From Eledone cirrhosa (Eukaryota), in the NCBI GenBank assembly GCA_964016885.1, contig OZ024750.1, forward strand, positions 35,898,001-35,962,000: 64,000 nucleotides of DNA. Direction: 5' to 3'. Below are positions 29,985 to 40,769 of the stretch, one piece after another. A model generated the notes under the pieces. That model had not been told where the DNA came from, made no database searches, and was given only the letters and a program-made list of their open reading frames with translations. The position numbers and the translations under genes were made by a program. How positions within the stretch are numbered: the first letter of the stretch is position 1; each line of letters opens with the position of its first letter.

Positions 29985-30220
29985 ATCATCATTTTACGTC
30001 CGCTTTTCCCTGCTTGCAAGGGTGGGACGGGAACTGATTCTGGCTTGATTTCTACAGCTGGATGCCCTTCCTAACACCAACCTCATTTACAGTGAGTGCT
30101 GGGTGCTTTTTTGCCATGGCACCTACACGTCCACTTTACAGTGGAATGATAGGGACCCCGGTCCCTATCATCTCATTTCTACAGCTGAGTAAACTGGAGC
30201 AATGTGAAATAAACTGTCTT
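29985..30220 (-). mobile_element. SINE family B, 5'-truncated
   Basis: Tail and body match 16105-16433. Confidence 0.85.
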
Positions 30221-30419
30221 GATTTAACATAAGGAGGTAAACATGGATATATATGTAAGGCTACATGAGAAAGTTAATGTAAATACTAAATATATATATT
30301 AATGTATGTAAGGCTACATGAGGGATTTAACATAAGGAGGTGAACATGGATATATATGTAACGCTACATGAGAAAGCTAATGTAAACATTTAATGTATAT
30401 ATATATATTAATGTATGGG

Positions 30420-31215
30420 AGGGGGGGGCAAAGGTTGACCCTGTTGGACCCCAGTGGCTGAAGGTATGACTGTGTCAGCAACAAGGAGGGTGCTCGGGGC
30501 TTCATACGACAGGTAGAGCTGAGGGGGCTCGGTTGAGGCGGGCCCCAAGCAGATGGTCACAGGGTAGGCAGTTGAAGGCATTCCTCATGTCAAGCTTGAC
30601 AATGAAGTGCTTGGAGTCCCTCGACGCCATTTCTGATGGGCAGCTGTTGAAGAACTGCCTAGCTACATGTGCAACTGTCTCACTCCCATTGGACACGATG
30701 ACCCCTAGTTGCACTGGGCTGAGCTCCTCGCCGAGTTCAGGTATGACGGACCTGCAGACCACCTTGGCAGCCAGCCTCCGGAAGACGACATTGCCCACAG
30801 TGATGGGGTATATGCCACCCTCTTTCTTCCTGAGAGCAGTCAGGCTGGCCAAAAAGAAGAAGCCTTCTTGGAGGTAAGGATCTAGGGTGCCATTGATGAA
30901 CCTGATGATGAGTGCCATAATTGTACTCAGAAGGTGGCACCCAGCCTCAGCAGAGAGTGGGGATAACAGCACATTGCCATGGCCAGGTCAGAGACCATCA
31001 GTACCTCCACTGCTGCTGGCAGGGAAGGATGACAGCAGGCATGATGTCTGCGTCTGAAGCCACAAAGAGCAGGTGAGCATTAGGTGTGGGGTATGCGTCT
31101 GACGTCAGCGGGTTGTTTAAATGAAGAGCTGCTAGGACTTCGTCGGTGAGGTGGAAGATGGTGTCCTCTGAGGCAACCTCTCTGACTGCAGCCGAGACAT
31201 CACCCTCAATTAGTT
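30420..31215 (-). mobile_element. CRE-clade (RLE-type) non-LTR retrotransposon RT fragment
   Basis: LTALRKKEGGIYPITVGN..RRLAAK, PVQLGV, KLDMRNAFN, downstream GVQQG, upstream LIEGDVSAAVR. Confidence 0.75.
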
Positions 31216-31225
31216 TATTATATTG

Positions 31226-31447
31226 ATCTTGTAAAAATGAAAGGCAAAGCTAACTTCAACGGGATTTGAACTTAGAATGTAAAAGTTATGACTCTTTATG
31301 TTCTGGGTTCAAAGCCAGCTGAGTTTAGCTTTGCCTTTCATCTTTACGAGGTTGAGAAAATAAAGCACCAGTAACGCACTGGGGTCGATTTAATTGCCTT
31401 TCCCTTTCCCTTCAAATCGCTGGCCTTGTGTCAAATGTGATAACAAT
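31226..31447. mobile_element. Head-to-head inverted pair of partial SINE A-like copies
   Basis: ATGAAAGGCAAAGCTAACTTC...TTTGAAC followed by GTTCAAA...TTAGCTTTGCCTTTCAT. Confidence 0.7.
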
Positions 31448-31525
31448 TATAATGGAGTACATTTTTTTTCTCTTAAATTTAAAAATACATATCAAAAACA
31501 TTAAATTTAAAAATACATATCAAAA

Positions 31526-31686
31526 ACATGGGCGGAGGTGGTGAGAACAGACCTCAGATCATTGAAGCTCACGGAGATGACGAAGGACCGTGACGAGTGG
31601 AGAGATGCTGTGCTGAATAAGACCCATCCCACCCTTGCAAGCAGGGAAAAGCGGACGTAAAATGATGATGATGATGATGATGATGA
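31526..31686 (+). mobile_element. RTE LINE 3' tail fragment
   Basis: Nearly identical to 55678-55835; (GAT)n tail. Confidence 0.85.
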
Positions 31687-31994
31687 TCAAAGAAAAAACA
31701 TAGTTGGTATTATTAACTTTCTTTTACGAGAGAAATGATGTCAATTGAATAACATAATCATTAGCGTTGAGGTAAAATGTAGTATTTATTCCAGTTTTTA
31801 CATCCAGAGTTCTAATTCTGTTGAGGTCATTTTTACCTTTCATCCTTCAAAGATCAATAAAATACTTGCCAAATACTGGATTCTATCTAATTGATTACCC
31901 TTACCCCCTTCCCACACAAGTTTCTGGCCTAATATCTATGTTAAAAATAACCATAGAAATTCTTATCAGAAATGTATATCATTTTAATTAATAT

Positions 31995-32295
31995 TGTATG
32001 TTAGATTAAATCTATATTGAATATAGTATTAGATCTATATGGAATATGGTATTAGGTCTATATTGAATATTATATGGGATCTATATTGAATACTATATTG
32101 GTTTATATTAGGTCTATATTGAATATGGTATTAGGTCTATATTGAATTTATTAGATCTATAATTCAATATCATATTAGATCTTATTGAATATTAAATTAG
32201 GTCTATATTAGATCTATATTGAAACTATATTAGGTCTATATTAGATCTATATTGAGTACTATATTATGTTTATATTGAAAAACTATATTAGATTT
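31995..32295. repeat. Degenerate TATTAG(G/A)TCTATATTGAA minisatellite
   Basis: Repeated motif visible directly. Confidence 0.7.
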
Positions 32296-32333
32296 AGTAG
32301 CACCCTGCAACTGGATAAACTTGAATGCCATTA

Positions 32334-33006
32334 TCTATATATCTAAAACAGAATGTCTGTCTGTCTGTCTGACTCCCTAAAACTCGAGAACCACCCAACC
32401 AATTGTTTTCAAACTTTACACATGTAATACTTATGGTCCTGTGAGTGTTTTGAACAAAAACAATTTCAAATTTTCAATGCCCTAGGGACCGCATTAGGCG
32501 ATTTAGCGATCTCTCTCTATAATTCTTAGTCTTTCTTTTTAGATAGATACATAGATATAACGTTGCGGCCTTATAATATGTCTGTCTGGCTGTCTGCATT
32601 ACGACATGATGATGCGGTGTGTGTGTGTGTAGATATGTATATATAGTGTGTAACGTTTTTCGAAATACTTCTGCATTCACAGATTGATTTTTTTTTAGTT
32701 TCAGAAGACCCCGTTAAGTGATTCTTTGCTTAAACTTTAATCTGTTATTGTAATATATATATATATAATTATATATTTGTGCACAGATATTTTTGCATAC
32801 ACAATAACAAAATATAAACAAAAGTATTTATTTCGCGATAAAGTATTGATTTTCTTTGCACTGAAAAATTTTTTTTTATAAGCACAAAATGTAGACACCA
32901 TCCCGAAGCCGAGGTATTCCGTACTTCTCTGTACTGTTTCAGAAAGGAAGGATAAACATGCCAATCTATGTTTAGAATCCTGATCAACGCCGGGCCATTC
33001 TGCTAG
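32334..33006 (+). mobile_element. Non-autonomous Helitron-like element
   Basis: A|TCTATATATCTAAAA start, (TCTG)n, CAACGCCGGGCCATTCTGCTAG|T end; homologous to 18031-18334. Confidence 0.7.
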
Positions 33007-33240
33007 TATGACATAAAATGGTTACAGAAAAGGTGAGAATATGTAAGGTGTTTGAAGTTTTGACAGAGAAAAGGCAAAAATAGAGCTTTATATATAGTCA
33101 ATGTAAATCTATTGAATATATCAAACGTTTGTGTGTGTGCATGCATGCATGTGTGTATGTATGGACTGTGTGTGTGTGTGTGTGTGTCCTACACTGAACA
33201 CCATAAAGCACTGCTAGCTTCCATTATTCTAGCCATCTAG

Positions 33241-33430
33241 GGGCGGTGGAATGGCAGTATCGGTCGAGGGTCGGACGCCATGCTTTGCAGCAAAGAGTTA
33301 CGGCCCTTTATGATCTGAGTTCAAATCCCGCCGAGGTTAACTTTGCCTTTCATCCTTACGGGGTCGATAAAAAAATGTACCAGTAATACACTGTGGGTTA
33401 ATTGCTGGCCTTGTGCCTAAAGTAGAAACA
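33241..33430 (+). mobile_element. SINE family A, full length
   Basis: A and B boxes, core, tail; degenerate TSD ATTATTCTA..ATCTA. Confidence 0.9.
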
Positions 33431-33608
33431 ATTATTCTATCTATCTACAAACTTGTATTTATCATCATCACAATTCCAACTGTTTTCCTTTATTTCATTC
33501 TTTTCTTTTTTTGTTGTTGTTTTAAAGTAGTTATCACATGACCCGTGTGTATTCTTACGGAAATTTCATCATCGTCATTGTTTTATGTCTATATTCCATG
33601 CTTAGTGA

Positions 33609-33820
33609 AGGCGTGTGGCTGAGTGGTTAGAGAATTGGATTCGCAATCGTAAGGTTGTGAGTTCGATTCCTGGACCAGGCGATGCGTTATGTCCTTGAGG
33701 AAGACACTTTATTTCACGTTGCTCCTTCTACCTGGAGTTGCGACCGATAGATAGTATTAGCAATTGGAAAGACCAATGGAAACATTGTTCCCTCGGTCCG
33801 ATTTGACGAAAGTCGATCGT
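33609..33820 (+). mobile_element. tRNA-derived SINE family C (family-B-like head, different body)
   Basis: TGGCTGAGTGGTTAG, GAGTTCGATTCC, CCTTGAGGAAGACACTTT; second copy at 37962-38169 (-). Confidence 0.8.
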
Positions 33821-34025
33821 TCCTTCGTTCCTATTCGATTCTTGCATGTTGATGTAATGGGCAGTCTGTCACATTTCTGAGGCTAAACAGGTCATTTGAT
33901 TGCGTCTTGCTTATCATACATTCTATTCTGTCGTGGTTTCTATGGCTTGATGCCCTTCCTAACACCAACCACTGCATGGAGTATGTACTGGATACCACCT
34001 GATAGAGAGGATTGGCTGCTTTTTT

Positions 34026-34290
34026 ATCATCATCATCATCTTCGTTTAACGTCCATTTTCCACGCTAGCATGGGTTAGATGGGTGTTGTCCCACCTGAGG
34101 CAAGGCTGGTCGGGTGACCGTGTCTCGCTCATGTAGGACTATCTGGCAGGTTTTCTACAGCTGGATACCCTACCTAACACCAACCACATTTACAGTGTGG
34201 ACCTGGCAACTTTTTACCGTGTTACCTACACGACCACATTACAGCATAGACTGTGTTTTTTTTGTCGTGACACCTACACAATCTCGATCT
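34026..34290 (-). mobile_element. RTE 3' UTR fragment
   Basis: Matches 43003-43270. Confidence 0.8.
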
Positions 34291-34400
34291 CATTATCTCA
34301 TTTATTTGGATTGGATGTGGTACCAACTTTACAGAGAGAGGGCGGTGGGAGTGGGAGGATAGGGTAGGGGTAGTGGATTGGGGTATCATATATATATAAT

Positions 34401-34584
34401 AATTGTTTCTACTTTTGGCACAAGGCCACCAATTACCCAGTATATCACTGGTACTTTATTTTATTGACCCCGTAAGGATGAAAGGCAAAGTTAACCTCGG
34501 CGGGATTTGAACTCAGAATGGCAAGGGCCGTAACTCTATGCGTCAAAGCATGGCGTCCGACCCTCTACCGATACTGCCAATCCA
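34401..34584 (-). mobile_element. SINE family A
   Basis: Reverse complement of the 3429-3615 body. Confidence 0.9.
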
Positions 34585-34654
34585 TGACCTTATATATATA
34601 TATAATAATAAATGGGAACAAAGAATCGGTATTGCATCACATATATATTTAATT

Positions 34655-34743
34655 ACATATTACCTGTTTCACTGCTGATCATCTCGAGGAACATTGAATA
34701 ATATTCAGTTCTGAGTCTGGAATCGGAAGCTCCTCAGATATGT
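34655..34743 (-). ncRNA. Type-I hammerhead ribozyme with long stem II
   Basis: Minus: ACATAT-CTGAGGA-(~60 nt)-GAAA-CAGG-TA^ATATGT; related to 62614-62728. Confidence 0.65.
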
Positions 34744-34795
34744 GTTCTCAGATGTAGACGTAGATATAAATCTATTGAATATATATATATGTATA

Positions 34796-34969
34796 CAGGT
34801 AAAATTCTGTTATAACGAATACCATTATAACAAATTTTACAGTATAACAACATTTTTTGCAATTCCTGAGGTAATAACAAACAAACACTTGATCTCGTTA
34901 TAAAGAATTTTATGTTACAACAAATTTCTTCTTATACCCCATGAATTTCGTTATAACAGAAATTCACTG
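34796..34969. mobile_element. Tc1/pogo-like MITE
   Basis: TIRs CAGGTAAAATTCTGTTATAACGAA / TTCGTTATAACAGAAATTCACTG. Confidence 0.65.
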
Positions 34970-35150
34970 TTTATATATATATTACAAAGAGTCGCGACCC
35001 AATGGTGAGCTCTTCCTATTTGAACAGTTACTCCAGTTGGGTCCCAACTCTTTATAATATAACCATACTGTACTACCCCAAGACCATTACTCTGTTGAGT
35101 AATGGGTTAACCAGTTTCAAACTGAAACCATCCTGATTTTTATATACATA

Positions 35151-35551
35151 TCATTCATCGTCATTCATCATCATAATTTCATTTTACGTCCGCTTTTTCC
35201 CTGCATGCAAGGGTGGGACGGGAACTGATTCTGGCTTGATTTCTACAGCTGGATGCTCTTCCTAACACCAACCTCATTTACAGTGAGTGGTGGGTGCTTT
35301 TTTGCCGTGGCGCCTACACGTCCACTTTACAGTGTGGGATGGGTGCTTTTTTGCCGTGGTACCTCCACGACCACTTTGCAGTGGAATATGGACCTCAGTC
35401 CCCATCATTTCATTTCTACAGCTGAATAAACTAGAGCAATGTGAAATAAAGTGCCTTGCTCAAGAAAACAACACATGACCTGGTCTGAGAATTGAACTGA
35501 CAACCTTTCGGTTGCAAGGCCAATGCTCTAACCACTAAGCCATGTGCCTCC
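35151..35551 (-). mobile_element. SINE family B, full length
   Basis: Head, core and RTE-type tail; internal ~48-bp module duplicated. Confidence 0.88.
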
Positions 35552-35583
35552 ATCACATATATATATGTATGTATATATATATG

Positions 35584-35624
<41 letters not shown>

Positions 35625-36730
35625 ATATATATATATATGATGATGATGATGAAAAGCATCCCCAAGTAGATCATAATAAAACGTTATGGCTAATAAAGGT
35701 ACATACTTTGAAACCTAAGGTAGAAATCAACTGTGTTGAGCAGACATAAATAATATTTCAGCTCTGTTGATAACATAGAGCACTCTTTTTCTTTCATTCT
35801 ACACACACAAACAGAGAGAGAAAGAGTAAATATTGTATTGTTTTTTCCTGAAAGACAAAATCAATGGTTATTGGTAAACAATTAGACTTATTAATACATT
35901 ATAGATCTAATAGTATTGAACGAAAAGTTGTGAGTATTATGTAATGCCTTGTGTGTGGATTAAACTATGATGTACAACATTTTTCAAATATTTTGGTTGC
36001 TAAATTGCTAAAAAGACAACAAAATATATCAATATTAACATCTGTCAGGCATTTATATTTCTAAATACCTTTCCTATTTATTCATTGTTTCTTAAATATG
36101 TCCTTTTGAAATCCAAGATTACTTGAATGCCTTGAGTATAGAAATGAGAAAAACTGGAATAAAATATATATATATATATATATTGGATAATAATAGCGTT
36201 GAGTACTTGAATTAATTCTTTAGCTTAGAACTAAGAATCTTTCGAAAGGTTTAGTGACTAAAAAGACAATAGAAACCTTATTGGAAATGGTAAGGAAGCC
36301 TGACATTATCCATTAAGTATTTCTTTGCTCTATTCAATAATAGACTTATCATATAATAGCTATTATAAAATAGCTAAGATATTTTCTTCAAATTATAGTT
36401 CTCTATAATTGACATCATTTTGAAAGTGTTTACATTTCTATCCAACAAAAGAATTAAGAAATTTTATATCATCATACAATTTATTGTTGTGAGAATAATT
36501 TCATTGTTGGCAAAATTAATATAATATTGCAAAGAGTGTAGATTCTGATTTAAATAATGTCTTATCTTTTTGTATACGAGATGAATGGATTAGTTCAAAT
36601 TTTACTTGTGATTAAATTTGGCAGAGATATTTTCGGTTCTTCTCATCTTCTCATGTTGAAATATAAACTGTCATAATTTATCAAAATCAATTCTGTTGTA
36701 GGTATACATTATCTGATGTAACCATGAGGT

Positions 36731-36985
36731 AGTTGTTGTTGTTGTTGTGACCGTTGTCTTCTTCTTCTTCTCCTTCTCTTTCTCCTTCTCTTTCTCCTTC
36801 TTCTTCTTCTTTTTCTTTTTCTTTTCCTTCTTCTTCTTTTTCTTCTTTTTCTTCTTTTTCTTCTTCTCCTTCTTCTTCTCCTTCTTCTCCTCCTCGTTCT
36901 TGTTCTTGTTCTTCTTGTTCTTCTTGTTCTTTTTCTCCTTTTTCTCCTTCTTTTTCTCCTTCTCCTTCTCCCCCTCCTCGCCGCC
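36731..36985. repeat. (GTT)n/(CTT)n polypyrimidine microsatellite
   Basis: Low-complexity trinucleotide tract that explains the poly-K/E/R/F/S ORFs. Confidence 0.9.
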
Positions 36986-37240
36986 ACTGTTGCTGTCGTC
37001 TAATTTTATATTGCAAGTCACTTTTGGTTTAATAACATGATGAATTGATATTCAATCTTAATTCCAACTAAGAAAACACAGAAAAGATTAAACTAATATT
37101 GGATTTAAAACTAGCCATTTACTCACAGATAAAATACTAAGAAATAGAAAAACAAATAAATATAATTCATTGTCATTCATATCTATATATAAAATATAGA
37201 ATTTAAAATACACACATTGTCTTATAGAGATAGATTTAGT

Positions 37241-37282
<42 letters not shown>

Positions 37283-37350
37283 CATAATAATAAAAAGGAT
37301 GATTTATATATATATATATATATATATAAATCATAATAATAAAAAGGATG

Positions 37351-37396
<46 letters not shown>

Positions 37397-37399
37397 TAA

Positions 37400-37590
37400 T
37401 ATTAAAAAGGATGATTTGTTATGTCTTCATTACATTTATTGAGTAGTGATGCGCATTTTGTTATTGATCAGATCAAGGTTTGATCTGTATCGATCTAGCC
37501 TGACTCTAGAATCAAAAGCTTGTCAGACCTCTGTTGTGGTAATGACACAACAGAAGTCCAACGAGCCTTTGATTCCAGAGTTGGGCTAGA
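37400..37590 (-). mobile_element. PLE pLTR-like remnant with degenerate hammerhead and an inverted (fold-back) 5' part
   Basis: Minus: CTGACAA...AAAATGCGCATC^ACTACTCAATAAA; hairpin 37494-37590; same tail at 57630-57690 (+). Confidence 0.55.
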
Positions 37591-37596
37591 TATATA

Positions 37597-37945
37597 TCAT
37601 CATCATCATCATCATCATCATCATTTTACGTCCACTTTTTCCTGCTTGCAAGGGTGGGATGGGAACTGATTCTGGCTTGATTTCTACAGCTGGATGCCCT
37701 TCCTAACACCAACCTCGATTACAGTGAGTGCTGGGTGGTTTTTGCCATGGCACCTACACGACCACTTTGCAGTGGAATGATAGGGACCCCAGTCCCTATC
37801 ATCTCATTTCTACAGCTGAGTAAACTGGAGCAATGTGAAATAAAGTGTCTTGCTCAAGGAAACAACACATCACCTGGTCTGAGAATTGAACTCACAACCT
37901 TTCGGTTGCAAGGCCAATGCTCTAACCACTAAGCCATGTGCCTCC
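37597..37945 (-). mobile_element. SINE family B, full length
   Basis: Matches 16105-16433. Confidence 0.9.
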
Positions 37946-37961
37946 ATATATATATATCAAC

Positions 37962-38169
37962 AGTCGATCGACTTCCATCAAATTGGACCAAGGAAACAAT
38001 GTTTCCGTTGGTCTTTCCAATTGCTAATACTAGCTATTGGTCGCAACTTCAGATAGAAGGAGCAATGTGGAATAAAGTGTCCTGCCCAAGGACGTAACAC
38101 ATCGCCTGGTCCGGGAATTGAACTCACAACTTTACAATTGCGTATCCAATTCTCTAACCACTCAGCCAT
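37962..38169 (-). mobile_element. SINE family C
   Basis: Reverse complement of 33609-33820. Confidence 0.8.
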
Positions 38170-38422
38170 ATATATATATATATGTATATATGTGTGTGTA
38201 CGTGTGTGTGCTGTGTGTATAATTTTTTTGAAAGCTAATGTGTATGAAATTATCTAAGACTTGAAGTTACTGACAAAAAATTCTATTTTAATAAACGAAT
38301 AAGTAATTTTATATTTCCTTCTGGAGAAGGAAGCAAATTTATGTTGGGGAGAATATTGACAGACAGTCAGATGTGTACATTTACATAGGCATATATATAT
38401 ATACATATATATACATATATAT

Positions 38423-38739
38423 ACTCCTCCTTGTTTCGGCCCAGGATGGCTAACATAACAACATCCAGGCCGAAACAAATGAGATCGTGTAGGTGTCACA
38501 ACAAAAAAACACACAGTCCACGCTGTAAATGTGGCCGTGTAGGCAACACGGTAAAAACCTCCCAGCCCCACACTGTAAATGTGGTTGGTGTTAGGAAGGG
38601 CATCCAGCTGTAGAAAACCCGCCAGACAGTCCTATGCGAGCAAGACAACCACTCTTGCCTCAAGTGGGAAAACCTCCGTCCAAACCCATGCAAGCGTGGA
38701 ACACGGACGCTAAACCTGATGATGATGATGATGATGATG
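38423..38739 (+). mobile_element. Short bipartite RTE derivative (5' end joined to 3' UTR)
   Basis: ACTCCTCCTTGTTTCGGCCCAGGATGGCTAACATAAC resembles the LINE 5' region (46513-46549, -); remainder matches the LINE 3' UTR and (GAT)n tail. Confidence 0.7.
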
Positions 38740-38811
38740 ACATGCATTCATAGATACATTTACACATGCATATACATACATACATGGATGCATGCAAACA
38801 TACATACATGT

Positions 38812-38864
<53 letters not shown>

Positions 38865-38893
38865 AACAAGAGATGGTTAAAAGAGTTCCATGT

Positions 38894-38962
38894 ATTTTAT
38901 TATGCGCATTTCAAAAACAAATATCATCATGCAATAATATTTGTGTTTTCATCAGATAAAAC
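38894..38962 (-). ncRNA. Type-I hammerhead ribozyme (left arm)
   Basis: Minus: GTTTTAT-CTGATGA-AT-rich hairpin-GAAA-TGCGCA-TA^ATAAAAT. Confidence 0.8.
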
Positions 38963-39030
38963 AGGAAGATATGTTGATTTAAAACTGCACTATCCACAAG
39001 TGTTTTTTAACCTTCATATCATGTATTCCT

Positions 39031-39100
39031 GTTTTATCTGATGAAAACACAAATATTATTGCATGATGATATTTTGTTTTTGAAATGCGCATAATAAAAT
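39031..39100 (+). ncRNA. Type-I hammerhead ribozyme (right arm)
   Basis: GTTTTAT-CTGATGA(39038)-stem II-GAAA(39082)-TGCGCA-TA^ATAAAAT. Confidence 0.8.
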
Positions 39101-39227
39101 ACATGGAACTCTTTTAACCATCTCTTGTTCTTATATATTATGTATACTCCAGTCCTATAAACTGTAGAGTGCTTCTTATCCGATATCTGCATTGCTTTAT
39201 TGTACTACAATAAAACTCACCTCCTAC

Positions 39228-39259
<32 letters not shown>

Positions 39260-39291
39260 ATAGTTTGGATGGGACCACCGATGTAAACTCT

Positions 39292-39377
39292 CATATCTGA
39301 AGAAGTGTTGATTAAGAGTCGGGATCTGATCACATGATCAAACCCGAGCTGATCGGTATAGAAACAATTGTAATATG
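39292..39377 (+). ncRNA. Type-I hammerhead ribozyme with long stem II
   Basis: CATAT-CTGAAGA-(57-nt hairpin)-GAAA-CAATTG-TA^ATATG. Confidence 0.75.
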
Positions 39378-39380
39378 TAA

Positions 39381-39580
39381 GACTGGGGTCCCTATCATTC
39401 CACTGCAAAGTGGTTGTGGAGGTGCCACGGCAAAAAAGCACCCAGCACTCACTGTAAATGAGCTTGGTGTTAGGAAGGGCATCCAGATGTAGAAATCAAG
39501 CCAAAATCAGTTCCTGTCCCACCCTTGCAAGTAGGGAAAAAGCAGACGTAAAATGAAATGAAATGATGAAAATGATGAAT
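39381..39580 (+). mobile_element. SINE family B, 3' half
   Basis: GACTGGGGTCCCTATCATTCC...GGGAAAAAGCAGACGTAAAATGA. Confidence 0.85.
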
Positions 39581-39683
39581 ACAGTTTACAAAAAGCTACA
39601 ATTCTTATTGTCAATCAAGGGTAATCATAGTTTGTAAGGTCCTCAATACATTAGTAGAGTGTATACATCATATTTGAATTGAA

Positions 39684-39795
39684 ATATAGAAATGGCTTCT
39701 ACAGAACTAGAACAGTTTCATTCAAAAGAAATCATCAGAAAAGCCCTGATGATTTCTTTTGAATGAAACAGTTCTAGTCCTGTATAAGCCATTTC

Positions 39796-39800
<5 letters not shown>
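39684..39800. mobile_element. 117-bp palindrome of two back-to-back hammerhead cores
   Basis: TCATCAG-AAAAGCC-CTGATGA centre; plus arm CTGATGA-TTTCTTTTGAAT-GAAACAG-TTCTAGTC-CTGTA^TAAGCC. Confidence 0.75.
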
Positions 39801-39840
<40 letters not shown>

Positions 39841-40364
39841 CAGCATTGCTGAGTGGTTACAAAATTAATAGTGTTGGTATCACAATTCTAAGATTCTGAG
39901 ATTCTTGGTTCAATCCGACTGTATACCATGTTTTACCATAGCGTCAATACGACCCAAACCTTATGAGTGAGATTGGATAGCAGGAAATTATATCTGTAAG
40001 TTGAACTAGCCAGCCTTGTAACACAATGTGTCATGCTAAATATCCAAGAACTATATGTAAGGTTACATATTTTTGTTGAATACTCAGGCATATTATGTAT
40101 TAATTTAATGAGTGGACTATTCCATTGATCAAACATTTTGAGTATTTATTATCAAAATCAATAATGATCAATTTACTTTAGACTAGCAGAAAAACCACCA
40201 TTACCCAGTTTGTGCTCTAGCTATAAATAAACCAGAAATGTTGTTAATAAAACCAGATTTGATTTAATGGAACAGCTTTTGATTTCTCTTGAAAACGTAT
40301 ATTTCATGTAAGAAATATTATTGTTTTCCAATATATTAATAACAGTCCAAAATCTAATAGGTTG

Positions 40365-40697
40365 AACTTTAGTACATAGACCATATGACAGAAGCCTCTC
40401 AATAAATGTAAAACTTCAGTACATAGACCATATGACAGAAGCCTCTCAATAAATGTAAAACTTCAGTACATAGACCACACGACAGAAGCCTCTCAATAAA
40501 TGTAAAACTTCAGTACATAGACCATATGACAGAAGCCTCTCAATAAATGTAAAACTTCAGTACATAGACCATATGACAGAAGCCGCTCAATAAATGTAAA
40601 ACTTCAGTACATAGACCATATGACAGAAGCCGCTCAATAAATGTAAAACTTCAGTACATACACCATACGACAGAAGCCGCTCAATAAATGTAAAACA
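40365..40697. repeat. 47-bp minisatellite, ~7 copies
   Basis: AAACTTCAGTACATAGACCATATGACAGAAGCCTCTCAATAAATGTA, period 47. Confidence 0.95.
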
Positions 40698-40769
40698 AAG
40701 TTTCTTCATCAACAAATATTAAACAAGCAGGAAACTGATGCAGTCATTTGCAATATCATAATTTTACAT

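Larger units (their letters stand above)
38861..39133. mobile_element. 273-bp fold-back mini-element with a hammerhead on each arm
   Basis: ~105-bp near-perfect inverted arms, TA flanks. Confidence 0.85.

Noticed and set aside
33609-33680. tRNA gene candidates at SINE heads
   Set aside because: A and B boxes continue into SINE core and tail; no convincing cloverleaf
36671-37085. Possible exon on the minus strand (acceptor TTTTCTTAG near 37067) with a Lys/Glu-rich ORF
   Set aside because: All three frames stop within about 50 nt of the acceptor; the ORFs are microsatellite-derived
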